DNA of 64,000 nt from Amoeboaphelidium protococcarum X5 (lineage: Eukaryota; Fungi; Aphelidiomycota). The position numbers and the translations under genes are program-made. Below are positions 38,904 to 54,227 of the stretch, piece after piece. Position 1 is the first letter of the stretch. Each line of letters starts with the position of its first letter. Where the stretch lies: positions 248,001 through 312,000 of the forward strand of contig JALDTO010000181.1 in NCBI GenBank assembly GCA_023515725.1, given 5' to 3'. The notes below the pieces were generated by a model. That model did not search any database and had not been told where the DNA came from. It was given only the letters and a program-made list of their open reading frames with translations.

Positions 38904-40481
38904 TCATGATCTGAGCAATGACACCGCCTTCATAAATTCACCAATGTTGTTCTCGTACTCGGTTAGATCTTCACCACAATATCGCTGCATTAAAGATAGA
39001 AGATCTGATTGAACTGATTACTTTCTTTAGACCAGACTCTGCAATTTGTCATTGGCTGTCAATATATGGGATTGAACCAAGTAATTTATGGTTTAATCAT
39101 TCAAATTATCCGATACAAACTTGAGACTATCAATACCATCCTAAAGTTGCTCCACTTGAGATGAAAACTTTAAACTCTTGATTCCCTGACACTTGAGGAG
39201 AACATCTAGTTACTTGACTTTATCCATAGCCAGAGGATTGACTTATTTAACTACTACAATTAAAATATCAAACAGTGAGAGGCGCTTATTATTTGCTCTA
39301 ATGTCTTTGAGTTTATGCACATCAGTCAGTCGCACAATAGAGTCTGTGGCAACCAGGGAGGCGACACGTCCATCGTTCATCTTCAAAATCAACTTGGACG
39401 CAGCGGACACAATGAGATCCAAGTCCATTTACAGTGATAAAATAACATCAATTGCCTTTTAAATACCATCCAGTTAAGTGAAACACTCGGCGGACAACTC
39501 TTGATAGCTGTGAATAAACTTTATCGCTTCCAATCTCTCTTTAAACTGCCCAGTGTGAATAGCAAAGTACAAAAACTGCTCAGGAACATTCAAACCATCC
39601 AGGCCAACATTCTACAATTACTTGAACTCCAAATCTGTGGGCATATACTTTAGGAGGAGTGATGCAGATCTCTGATCAATCTTTGAGCAATCCAAATCAC
39701 TCACAGCATCACGAATCAGAGATGGACTTAATCGCAACTATCGTAAAGTCAAGTCAATGGTGTGACTTCTCCTACCATTTATAATAGATTTACGCGGCAA
39801 GGTCAGAGGTGAATGGCCATCAGCGCCATCTTCAAATCCAGAATCTCGTCTCTCACTACCGAATGCACTATCAGCTGTTAGCGTAGAGTCTTAACTCTGA
39901 GCAGACAATAGAGGAGACAGCTGTGATTTAAGAGCGAAGTTTTAATCCAGTTATTCAATTGCACTTTACGGTAGATCAATAGAGTTTAGCGATAGTGAAG
40001 AGGAAGGCTTCACCAGCGGTATAGGACACAACTTATACTTTGGCTTCAAAGCATTCATATTCAATAACAGCGGAGGCATCGGTGGCGCTTTAGGAGGAGG
40101 CACAGGTACACAGGATTATTCATCTGGATGCATATTATTCAAACTATTAGACGCTGATGTATTCTACGTGCAAGAATCTTTCTAATCCTACACTGCAGCA
40201 TCAGTCTACGTTCCTATTGTATTAAGTCCGACATTCAAAGTCTGAGTCTCGCTGTCAACGCCATCAATCGGAGAATCAGTTTAGGTGCAGCATTATGAGG
40301 TGAACATCATCTTCCCACGAACATCCTCCTTATCTTCAGTGCAAATACTCTATTAGCCACAACGATCAATTCCAGTCTGATTTTCACCAACAGGCTTGTA
40401 TACGCCATAATACACTCCACTGATCAGAATAGAAAAACCAAATATGTTGGACAGGAAATCAAAAATACTCATGCCAGCCAT
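38904..40481 (-). CDS. Divergent formin (short FH1 plus degenerate FH2) with N-terminal hydrophobic anchor
   Basis: PVPPPKAPPMPP, IINGRRSHTIDLTLRQL, LLKYMPTDLE, PEQFL..ERLEAIKF, KLKDIRAN..SLFD and YCGED. Confidence 0.75.
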
Positions 40482-41052
40482 ATCCAAATATTATTCTACG
40501 ACGTTTTATCAAGTTAAGCGAAGACTGTGTATCAATCTAGATTACACTACGGTACTTCAATAAGAGAACAATCTGAGCAACAATTAGAGAGAGAGAGAGA
40601 CAAAGTGAAATCAGATTTGGAACGGTCGGCCGCGGTCGTGAAGATGAAACGATTACAGTACAGTTCAGTGATTGAATGGTTGCCAGGATATTAAAGTTAT
40701 TACCCACACATCCCATAATAATACACTTGAATACATTGCCAGACAACCTTGATTGTTGATAGATTTATGATCTTTTTCTCTATTATACTTCCAGTGTACT
40801 TGAACCTCATAGCATCGCAATATTTTGACTCGCGCGTTGAAAGGCTAAATAAATCGCGCCAAGATTATGAATTTCTTAAAGCTCCATATATTATACAGAT
40901 TTAGAGACAACTTAGTTTGAGAGATGGCACACTCTAAGAGATCTAAATAATCGTTGCTTTGAATACCATTCACAAACTCACAAGATGATTGAAGACTTAA
41001 GGTGTAAAAACGGTATATTTGACCATAGAATTAATATATACACGTAGCATGA

Positions 41053-41410
41053 TCATAACTGAGTAACATCTTGAACCACTATCATTAGAAAGGCATCATC
41101 TACAAAATATTCAAGTATAGCCCCTTAGACCAAGATATGATATGGGTGAATAAAACTTACCACGAGTTACTACAACCTCATGCATATTAGAACGAACGCG
41201 TATGAATTTCAAAGCATCAGAATGATTCAGCTCTGTGACTGAAGATGAGGCATTTCCACATAGTGCAGAATACCGCTGAGCATACTTCAGGCCGGCATCC
41301 TAATCTTGAAAAGTGTTCTCCACAACAGCGTTATCCACAGCGGACAACACCACCACACCGAGCACGCCCTTCTTGTTAGATAATCGGCTCACGATCGCGG
41401 CCGAATCCAT
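41053..41410 (-). CDS. DYNLRB: Dynein light chain, roadblock/LC7 type; intron 41100-41160
   Basis: RLSNKKGVLGVVV..DALKFIRVRSNMHEVVVTRDDAFLMIVVQD, 98 aa. Absent from the ORF track. Confidence 0.88.
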
Positions 41411-41580
41411 TTAAAGTTTCTACTGTTTCTATTTGTTGATGAATTCTTATTTCAAAGTTGAATATTTATCAATAAAATAAATAATCTCGCCGAATTGTTT
41501 CTTCTTCTTTTAACCCATTTATTGTTTAGATCGATATAGAGCTAGATTTTAATATCTTTACATTACACATCAGAAGTATT

Positions 41581-43854
<2,274 letters not shown>

Positions 43855-44228
43855 TCATCAAAACTATGATTATAAATGCTTCCTAAAATTATATAATTTC
43901 CTATTATAAAAATGATCTTATCGCGTATCTATTTACATTGACACTCTCACGCTCACTGTGTACAGTAAATTAATCAAACGCATTTCTCATTTTCTTCACT
44001 TCTCTAACGCCAAGTAAATTCTATGCGCATCTGTAGGAATTCAGTTGCTTTCCAATCACAGCCGTGCCATTTAAAGAGAAGTCTCTCTCTCTCTCTCTCT
44101 TCGTCGTTCAGCAGTCTCTCGCTCTTTCCATTTGCGCGATCTTTCCTTCGACGAGCTCAACCTTTTTTACTCCCTCAAGTCTTCATCACTCACTCAAGTA
44201 AAGAGCAAATCGTAATTGGAATATTATT

Positions 44229-45266
44229 ATGTTGGGGGGATTAAGTAGAAGCGGATTAGTTGGTGCTGCTTCGTTGCAAAGGTGGGATTTATAGTTTAAG
44301 ACTGAACATGGAATTTATATATTATCAACATGATGATCGTTCTGTAATGTAGAACTAGCAGTCTGACTGTGTTGAACTAATAGCGCGGAATGGCCACCTT
44401 GAAAGAACGTAATATTATCATTTCAGCATAATTCTTATAACTTATAATTTACCATGATGATATGAAGTATATGTGTAGTCTAGATGCGTTTAAAGGCTAT
44501 TAAGAATATTGGAAAGATTACCAAGTCCATGAAGATGATTGCGTCCACCAAGTTATCTCGCGCTCAGCGTTCTATGGAGGTGGCTCGCGTGTATGGCGAG
44601 TGTTCAACCAGCGCATTCAAGCATATGGAACTGAAGGAGCTAGAGAACGCAAAGACTCTGGTTATTGCTGCTACTTCTGATCGTGGTCTGTGTGGTGCCA
44701 TCCACTCGACCGTGTCCAAGCCGGTGAAGGCTCTGTTGAAGAAGAACCCTGAGCAGTAGGTGTTCGTCATTGGTGATAAGCCGCGCATGTAGATTGTGAG
44801 GGAGAGCAAGACTGCCATAGTCATGTCTGCCAACGGTATCGGTAAGAATATTCCAACTTTTGCTGAGGCTGCTGCTCTGGTGGATGTTCTGCTGTCGAAC
44901 GAGAATGTTAAATTCGACTTTGCCAAGATCTACTATAACACTTTCAAGAGTGCCATCTCCTATGAGTGTATCCCAAAGCCTGTCTACTCGCCTGACACCA
45001 TCATAAATGCTGAGAAGTTGTCCCAGTTTGAGATTGAAGATGATGTGCTGAAGAACTATGCCGAGTTCTCAATGGCCAATGCTCTTTTCCAGGCTTTGGC
45101 TGAGGGACACGCTTCTGAGATGGCAGCACGTCGTACAGCTATGGAGAATGCCACTAAGAATGCCGGTGAGATTATCGACAAGTTGACCATGACTTATAAC
45201 CGTTCTCGTCAGGCTGCTATTACGAACGATTTGGTGGATATTATCACTGGTGCTTCTGCTCTGTGA
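44229..45266 (+). CDS. ATP3: Mitochondrial ATP synthase gamma subunit; introns 44282-44352 and 44409-44478
   Basis: MATLKE, KITKSMKMIA, SDRGLCG, AMENATKNA and RQAAITNDLVDIITGASAL. Confidence 0.97.
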
Positions 45267-45387
45267 TCTTATTAACACTCTGGCCACTGCTGCTGCTGCT
45301 GAGTAATCGTTACTTTAAATGAACAAGGGATTAAAAATACACTTACATTTAATCAAAAGTTATTCTATTATGATGATTTTAAATAGT

Positions 45388-46536
45388 TCAACTCTTACTA
45401 ATGGTAGTAGCCTTTCTATAGCGGCTATATTTACTAGCTAAACTCTTCAACTCTTCCTACACTATCATTTCATCGTATATTCTTGTAAATTATAACAGCA
45501 TACAAATGTAAACTTACCACTGAGAGGTCTTGATCATTGATGTAATACATAACTTGCTGTAATGAATCCGCTGATTTAGTGGCGGGTTTAGATTCTTACA
45601 CTGAGGTTGATTACGCGTCAGATTGCTATAAAGTGGCAACACTTTTCTGATCAACAGCCACTGTATATGGTAGTTATATACCTGAACCTACATGTTCATT
45701 CAAAGACACCGACTACTATTGTGTATGGATATCAGTATATACCGGAGATTAAAGAGTAGGAGGTGCAAAATATTAAGGTGATACCACGTTCCCCTCCACT
45801 GAACTTGCCACTTGGTGTTGTGTATAAACGTTGGGATCTTACGCGTACAAGTATTATTACGCACCATTGGTTTCATTTATAGACGTACCTTGTACACTTT
45901 CAAACGAGGAATATTATTGACCACCGAGTGTATGAGCCTACTATTACTATAACGCTGGTTAAAATTACTACAGCTAATGTTATTGTTAATGATGATGATG
46001 GTACATTGAATAGCCTACATACGCGTTAGCATACGGATCAACATAGCTACCAACCAGATAAGCCGCGCCCATTGAGTAATCTGGCTAAAACTGCTATTAC
46101 TACTATTATTACTGTTGATAAGTTTAGTACAGTTAATGCTGTTATTAAGAATTACTGCCAGAAGATTCAGAGTATCGCCGCTTAAACAGAGCCAAATCTT
46201 GAGGCGGAATCCCATCCATACCAATCACCTGTACATCCAGCGAGTCTCGCCCGTCCATAGCATTCGGTACTCTATCAATAATCTCCTTGTGCACCTGTTC
46301 CAAATGTCGCACCATTCCCTGAGTGCTGTGCAGTCTCTTATTACAAATTGAGCACTTGAAATGCTTGGCCTTCTAATGATCTATGAGGACTTTTTCATCA
46401 TCAAATTCTCTATCGCAGTACCTACACATACAGAGACACTCTCAAATCATAATATATATAGATGCAAGATAACGCTTCAATTGCACACTTACCAGCACCA
46501 CTATTTCGCTTATTGTCTCTTTTACTTCTTTCCCAT
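45388..46536 (-). CDS. ZNF207: ZNF207/BuGZ zinc-finger protein; introns 46422-46492 and 45457-45517
   Basis: WCWYCDREFDDEKVLIDHQKAKHFKC, VPNA..GMDGIP, a Gln-rich middle and C-terminal DLSVEELKS..KY. Confidence 0.92.
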
Positions 46537-46775
46537 TTGCTACTATCTATTAAATGAGCGAGCGCAATACTACTCAATTAAAATCTAATCAGATGATATC
46601 TTTTAATGAATATCGGCTGTAAAAGAAGAGATGAAGAGACAATGCTCCTTGTTATAAAGTCGCGCGAAATACTTTTAACTTGGGAGTTAGATACAAACGT
46701 AACTTAATCCAACGAGCAAATTATATTTAATTAATTCAATGCCAAGTTTCTACTTCAACCGTCCCATGGTATTAA

Positions 46776-47246
46776 TCAAAAGTGCGCCTTGTAGTCACGA
46801 GGTCTTCTGTTTCTAATCTGAATGCCCTTGACCGCGTTTGTAAATAGACTTACACCACCCAGACTAGCCAACACGGCACTATAGGGCTCCTTCAGACGGT
46901 AAGCTTGGGGTGTTTTAGCCACAACCAGAACAGCTGAAGTCAGAGCTCCGATATCATAAGCCAGGCGATCTTGTCCAGCCTTGAGATACTATGCGGCGGC
47001 GAGGTAACCAATACTGCACAGAGCACTAATCATAGAGGCTTGAGGATTACGCAGTCTAGTATAAGCATATGCGGAACCCAGAGCACATGCAACGCTTAAA
47101 GTGTAATGAGGCACGGGATCAACCAAGCTTGATGTTCTAGCCACGTCTGCTGCACCTCTTTCAGCCTTCTCCTTCGTGTAATCTTTGGCTTCTGTAGCCA
47201 GAACTTTAGCCTAATCCATTCTTTATTAAGTTTCTGGTTGTACCAT
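46776..47246 (-). CDS. Small membrane protein, TMEM14-like
   Basis: 156-aa ORF with four short Ala/Gly-rich hydrophobic segments. Family call is tentative. Confidence 0.6.
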
Positions 47247-47727
47247 TTTATTATTTCGTGATATTGATCTGGTTAACTATGATACTGAATGTCAAGATTG
47301 AAATAAAAGACGAATATTGTCGGACCAAGTATATTGGGAGTCTCTTTCTGACACGTTCAAAAGTGCGTCATATTTGCGTCGATTAGATGATATAAATGTC
47401 AGTGGGACGGTTGAATCGCACAATGACTCAATTTGGTCAAATATTCAAATGTACACCATTCCATAACATTGAAATGGATCTATAAAACTGAAAATATGTA
47501 CTTTTCTTATATGAAATAAAATGTCTTCATTCATTATGAGAAATGTATTTATCTCTATATACACTACACGCTTTTATATTGAGAGCAATGCTTGTTGTGG
47601 GAACGCGATCATCTTCAATAATTATCGCTCGCGTTTAAGCTTTCTTCTACCATATGCATTATTACTAACAGTGATTGTTTTCACCCATTATTTAACCAAT
47701 AGAAATCTAAATATTCATTTTGAAACA

Positions 47728-49542
47728 ATGCTAAGTCGTTAGCAAGTATATGAACCTCAAGCTGGATGCAAGGTGGTGCATTTCGACGAGGAAGGCAGCT
47801 GTGTTATACAAGTGTTCAACTTGGATAAAGTACTGGTGTCTCAACTAGTTGAAGATAATTAGTCATCGTCATTGTAATCATAACGACAATAATAGAAATA
47901 GCGCGAGAGTGAATTTACAATTAAAGATGCCATGACTGTAACGTATATGCGAGTATCTCTAGATTTGAATAAGCTAGCTTTACTCAGGGATTCATAGCGA
48001 ATAGAAATTGCTGTGAGAGAAATTGGTATAATGTCACATACACCAGTGTTCTCCAAGAAGAATGTAATGATTGAAATTCTGGGCTTTCACTGGCTGCATT
48101 CATCCTGCCTACTTGTTATCAGTAATTGTGGAATAGAATATGTTGAGATTGCAGAGAATTAGAACAAGGTGGTTAAATCCGTTCCATCTGACATATCATG
48201 GCATCATTACGTTCCTGGACTTTTATTGACCATTGGCCATGGAAATGCAGTCTCTCTTTTCACCATTAATGCTACAGATGGTTTGGTTGAACAGTGGTCT
48301 AAAATTGTAATTAATACGCAGTAAAAGCTTTCACCTGTGAACACGAAGCTCTTTTAGTATTATTCGAGAAATTTTCTGATGATTATCAAGGATCAGAGTG
48401 CTCAAGTTTATTACATTGATACTACGAATGCAGTTTTGGTATTCCTGAGTAATATTGACATTTAAGCATTGTAATCTGAAAATTTTATCATAAATTCTTA
48501 CGAGAATATGCTTGTATTGAGTAGTATTGAGAATAACAAGTCGCTGGTATTTGATATTGCAATCTCTTGGTCAGTTCTATTTGAACATAAGTTTAATTGC
48601 GACTCGTAGCTCAAATGGTTTGCATACCAGCAGTATTTGTACAATAATAAGAGTCAGATTTTTAGATTACAATTGGATACCTCTTAGGTTGATTCTGTCA
48701 TAAAGAATGATATTTTGTAATTGTAATTCTTAATTCGCAGATCTCATCTGGTAGAGTCTACTATTGTATCTACCAAGTTGTTGAAAATGTGCTCAGATGA
48801 TTTTCTTGGCAATATAAATCTAGTGTTACAACTTTTGCGTCATGAGCTGGATGGTGTCAATATAATAGAGTAGATGAAGATTTAACATCAAGTATTACCC
48901 AATTTAGTGAAGCCTACTCGGATTCAAATCCCGCGTTGTAAAGTTATTCACAACACTGAGAATAGGTAATAGCGCATTAAGTTGACAGAGAAGTAGCTTT
49001 ATGAGACAGTGTGGTAAGTCTTTATGTCTCAGTGTAAATAACTGGACATAGTTGTGAATGTTACCGTTGAATTTCTTTTGATCACTAAGGATAAGTTGGT
49101 AATGTAATAGCTCTAAACTGATCTGGTTAGATTACTCATTAAAATGGAAAACGTACATTTGCTATAGTCTCTTATTAACGATCGTGTCATTGTGGATTCT
49201 ATAGAAGTTGCACATCTGCTGGTTCGTCACCCCAGGCTTCGTGGATATGGAATTGAGATGTACAAACGGCTTAAAATGTATGATCTCGTTGTCCAGTTGC
49301 TACTGGACAATTGCGAGGTAGTCGAAGCGGTCAAGGTTGTTAAGTAGTATGGCCTCATGCAGAATATTGCTCCTGCCAACTTTTTAAATGCGGCTGTGAA
49401 AGTTAAAGACAATTACCTGACATTTTACAACGTGTATGCATTCCTTCAACAGCGTAATCTTTATCTGTACAACTCAATGAATTTCAGACCTCAAGAGGAA
49501 TGTGACGATTACATTGCTCTGTTTAGAAGTAGGTTTGACTGA
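47728..49542 (+). CDS. RMC1: Regulator of MON1-CCZ1 (C18orf8/Mic1 domain)
   Basis: 604-aa ORF with ILGFHW. C-terminal FLNAA..TFYNVYAFLQQRN..FRPQEECDDYIALFRSRF matches the Mic1 domain. Confidence 0.85.
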
Positions 49543-49554
49543 CTGACTGACTGA
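49536..49554 (+). repeat. (TGAC)4 TGA run over the RMC1 stop codon
   Basis: TGA at 49536, 49540, 49544, 49548 and 49552, covering all three frames. Confidence 0.9.
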
Positions 49555-50051
49555 TTTATTGAAACATTAGTGGTACTTAATATGAATATGTTGACTTTAT
49601 TCTTTTAAGTTGATTGAGTCTTGCAAACGATAGATCTTGAATAGTATCAGATGCGGGAATTGTCGCGTTCATAGGTGGGCTTTACTTGAGTGGTTTAACC
49701 AGAAATTGTAGCTTAAGTGGCTCGTTCTCTAATGATGGAGATTTGTCACTTGATCTGAAGATTTGCGGATCCTTTTTAGTCAGTTTTATACGTTTGACAT
49801 ATGATAAAGTTGGGAAGTATTTCATGCTACAAAAACTGTAGTATGAACATCTTCAATCAGTAGTTGAGTTCTGAAGTGAGAGTCACAGAGGAGTGGTGAC
49901 GCGTTTCAAAACATTTAAGTTTGCAAAGCTGAAACAGTATCTTTTCACTTTAACTCTCTCTAAAACTCTCTATATAACTCTTATTCCTCCATATTTACGT
50001 ACTGTACTTGTGCAATTGATATACTCTACCTTCATAAAATTCACATAAAAT

Positions 50052-51231
50052 ATGCCTTAAGTAGAAGAAGATCAAGGAGAGGAAATTGCGGGTCCAACTC
50101 CAATTACTAAACTAGAGGTATTTTTGTGATTCCATCTTTACGTCACACCAACACCATTTGATTATTATTGTAGGAGTGCGGAATTGGTGCAGCTGACGTG
50201 AAAAAGTTGGTCGAAGCTGGTTTTAATACTGTGGAAGCAGTTGCGTATACACCAAAGAAGGTCATTTTGAATATCAAAGGCATAAGTGAGGCAAAAGCTG
50301 ACAAGATTATCAACGAAGGTAAATTACAGTTACTCTCCGCTCTCATGTCATCTCATCTTTAATGTATTATCTTCAATTCCTATAAGGTAGCTCACAAAAT
50401 CATTCCTATGGGCTTTCAAAGTGCTAATGCCGTTTATGAACAGAGGAAAAATGTGTTGTACATTTCTACTGGAAGTAAAGAGTTTGACAAGTTGCTCAAT
50501 GGCGGCATTGAAACGGGCAGTATCACTGAACTGTTTGGAGAATTTAGAACGGGAAAGTCTCAAGTAAGCTTTGAAATAGTCTCAAGTCATTATCAAATAA
50601 CCGATACGTGTAGTTGTGCCATACTCTAGCTGTAACGTGTCAGCTGCCAGCTGATCAAGGCGGTGCTGAAGGGAAGTGTCTGTTTATCGACACTGAAGGC
50701 ACCTTTCGACCAGAGCGTCTCGTCCCCATCGCAGAGAGATTTGGACTTAATCCTGAAGGATGTCTTGATAATATTGCGTATGCCAGAGCGTACAATTCTG
50801 ATCATTAGAATCAGCTCTTGATACAAGCAAGTGCAATGATGGCCGATGAGCGTTTTGCTTTGCTCATTGTTGACTCTGCCACGGCGTTGTATCGAACTGA
50901 TTTCAGTGGTCGTGGTGAACTGTCAGCTCGCCAGATGCATTTGGCTAAATTCTTGAGAAGTCTGCTACGTCTGGCGGATGAATTTGGTGTTGCGGTAGTT
51001 ATCACAAATCAAGTCGTTGCGCAGGTTGACGGTGGAATGGCCATGTTCAATGCTGATCCAAAGAAGCCTATTGGTGGAAATATCATGGCGCATGCATCCA
51101 CCACGCGTCTATCTCTCCGTAAAGGTCGTGGCGATTCTCGTATTGTGAAAGTTTATGATAGTCCGATGCTACCAGACTCTGAAGCAGTATTCAGCATTCA
51201 AAATGAAGGTATAACTGACTCTTCAGATTGA
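50052..51231 (+). CDS. RAD51: DNA recombinase Rad51; introns 50118-50173, 50319-50390 and 50564-50613
   Basis: [47 protein letters not shown] and GGNIMAHAS. Confidence 0.97.
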
Positions 51232-51768
51232 ATTACTTCTGTATCAAGATGAAGCAATTACAATTTTTTCAACTAAAAGGCGTGTTACGCAGCATCTTGC
51301 TTTTAATTCTCTCAATGCCGCAATTAATGCAGGCATATCTAAAATATCTAGCATAAACTTCCACTTCAAACAAATCGCGAGTTTTGTGCCTAATACGGAA
51401 CAACTGTATTTCGTAGTCGGTCGGTACAATGAGGACCAAAAGAATCACGAGAACTTCCGTCAAAGATTTACTTTCAACTACATTTAAAATCGTAAAATAA
51501 CTTCTCAAGAGCAATAAATAAATAAAATCAGTGTATTGAAACAGAGTTTGGGAGTCTATTCTGGAAGTCATGACGGTCCTACAGTAGTAATTGGTACGCG
51601 ATACCCCTGACAAACTGATAAAATCAGCAATGAAGCGCAAGGTCAGCTCGCGCGTAAAAAGTTTCGTTCTCGTCGATCAACCTTAGAGCAACCTCAAATT
51701 TTTCGGCAATTCCTCTCCTCCACGTTCCGTTATCCTATAATATAAGCTGCTATAGACAGAAGAATAAA

Positions 51769-52256
51769 ATGGTAAGTACGTATTATAATCAGTTATCGTG
51801 CGCGTGGTTCAATGTTAAGAAATGATGAGGATATATGGATAATGTCACGACAGAATTTACAATTGTTGAGTATCCATACTGCCTTCCTTCTGATTTAGGA
51901 CGCGTTTACGTGATTACATTGGTTGGCGCCCGATGACTGAGGACTATTGACAGATAGAATCTAACTCTCTTAATATCATATATGTGTAGCCTAAATAAGT
52001 ATTGGAATTGAAAGATTTTTTGACCGCCCTGCGCCGTCCAGATGCTAAATCCATCGTCATCAAGACTAATAAGAGAAACACAAAGTTCAAGTTGAGAACT
52101 AGCAAGAACCTGCTCACCATGGTCTTGACTGATAAGGAGAAGGTTGGTAAGTTGAAGGAGAGTCTGCCTGCAAGTAAGATTTCTTGATTATTACGCGTGT
52201 ATAGTTGATTTTCACTGCTTGATTAATTTGTAGACTTGGTTCCAACTGAGATTTGA
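51769..52256 (+). CDS. RPL38: 60S ribosomal protein L38; introns 51772-51989 and 52174-52233
   Basis: M|[30 protein letters not shown]. First exon is the ATG alone. Confidence 0.92.
51820..51896 (+). ncRNA. Intronic box C/D snoRNA, predicted guide for the 18S site equivalent to yeast Am420 (snR52 target)
   Basis: Box C ATGATGA at 51822-51828, box D CTGA at 51890-51893 and an AAA/TTT terminal stem. The 11-nt guide CTGCCTTCCTT is complementary to conserved 18S AAGGAAGGCAG. Confidence 0.88.
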
Positions 52257-52361
52257 ATGTGACTCAATACATTTATAGTATCCGATTTTGTTTGTTTTGT
52301 TTTCGCTTGCATTCTATTCCATAATTTCTCTCTTTGCAATATATCATTAGCATTGATCAAT

Positions 52362-52772
52362 ATGGCTAAAGTAGTGCGTACATCTTAATTTGAGAAGAAG
52401 TCTATTCCGATATTACATTAGTGGAATTCGCTGTATTAGAAATGGCCTGTAGAGCCAGCTCGAGAAGGTCGATCTATGCGCGATTTCCTATAGAAGAGGA
52501 TCTAGCGTATGAGTAAAGGTGACGTCAAATCGGCAGATTAATCACAGTCTCTTAAAGCTGAATTGAAATACGCTCAAGATGTGCTTTAGAATAAATATGT
52601 CAATTAATATCCATAGCCTCAATCATGGCGTCCAGTGCATAGAGAAGCTTATCCGCTGTTGTCGAATGAGGCGCGTTCGTCAAAGATCAGCTCTGTGTCT
52701 TTGTTTATACCAGTCATGACAGCGTCTCTGAAGCATAGATTTAGAAATATGAAGAAGGACATTTTCGGTTGA
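52362..52772 (+). CDS. UQCC2: Complex III assembly factor UQCC2/Cbp6-like
   Basis: QKWPVEPAREGRSMRDFLQKRI and NKYVNQYP parallel UQCC2 WPVD..GRDLG..LRQRV and NYYKHKYP. Confidence 0.8.
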
Positions 52773-52829
52773 TGAATGATACATTGCTCTGTATAAATAA
52801 AAACGATTTAAAGTATGCTCTCTCAGTAT

Positions 52830-53474
52830 TCATTTAATGCTCGATTACTATAGACAAGTCTGAACCGCCTCGACAATTACTCTATGCTCAGCTTAATGCA
52901 TACGAGATTCAAAATCTTCTAGTGATTCCCCATTGATGAATTCAACCTCCTCCATTTCCACAACCTTTCCCATATCCACATCTTCAATCACATCATGAAC
53001 CATCACGCCGCTCCTTCGCAAACTAGGATCATTTAGGTGGGCATCAAATGCGCGTTATATAGCATTAACACCGCTAAATTCACCAGGCAGAGCAGGATGT
53101 AGATTAATCACTCTTGGAACGGTTGGGTTATCATCAGTACTGTGTTGAAGCCGATCAAGAAACTCTTTGGATACTATCAACATCCAGCCAGCCATCACTA
53201 CCAATTATACATTGCCGACGTCAAGTATGATTTCTGCCAAGTCTTTATCAAACTGACTTCGCGTCGATCCCTTGTCTTTATATGATTTAAGAGAGTGTAC
53301 CATTGTAGGTATTCCCGCTTCGCTGGCACGCGTAAGACCGTACGCGGATGCTTTGGATGATATTACCAAGGCAATCTCGACATTCCTCAGCTGACTAGAA
53401 GTTGCATCAATTATGGCTTACAGATTACTTCCATTGCCTGATATAAGCACCACAATTCTCTATTTATTACTCAT
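52830..53474 (-). CDS. ADE8: Phosphoribosylglycinamide formyltransferase
   Basis: VVLISGNGSNLQAII, MAGWM, INLHPALPG, GVMVH..VDMG and AEH. Confidence 0.95.
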
Positions 53475-53594
53475 ACGTTGTTATTACTATCGACGCCGAG
53501 TGAGCTGTACGACGACTTCTTTCTCTCGTTGTGTGGAAGAGTGATTGAATTTTACGAATTTATCATCTACGCATTTAAAGAATTTAAATAAAAT

Positions 53595-54227
53595 ATGGAG
53601 CAAACTAAATCTTTAGTCTTGGTAAATATACCCGACGAAATTTTTGCTTATGCTTAATAAGCTCAGCGCAATGGGATATCAAAGGTACTCGAATGCTATA
53701 CACCAGCTCTGGTGGAATTTAAAGTGATGATTCCCGAAGTTGCTTCGACTATCGTGGAGATTGCACCGCTGACATCATTTGCTAGGATTCTATTATGCTT
53801 TTAAAATACTGATTAGGCATAGCGATGTAAGCAGTACGTTAATGAGTAGAAGTAATCTAATATCAAGGCGTATCAGGTGAGTGATGCGTTGTTTGAATAG
53901 CCTGGCGAGTATGAACGGTATCTCATACCACCAGAGAATGATAAACTGTTTCTCATCAGTCCCCCAGCATCTCCTCCCAGCGACTGGGTATAGATAACTG
54001 AGAGTGATCCCACTAGTCACGATGCTGGATATCAGGAGATGCTCGTTAATCACTTAAATGATCGGCTCAGTGACCGGCTTCATTTGGGATAGAACGACAG
54101 CGAATCTCTGATGAGATCGAGACTGCCGCAGATTGTGATTGAAAATGTTGAGTAAGAACATCTATACGTGTAATCTCAAGTCCCTGGTAAAATTTTGAAA
54201 ACTAAAATGCCCTCAGTATCAAGGTGA
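53595..54227 (+). CDS. RCN1: Calcipressin (regulator of calcineurin)
   Basis: KLFLISPPASPP, PxIxIT-like PQIVIE and terminal KTKMP. Confidence 0.92.

Noticed and set aside
40626-41404. 16-nt inverted repeat TCGGCCGCGRTCGTGA resembling MITE ends
   Set aside because: The right copy lies within the roadblock coding sequence and there is no TSD.
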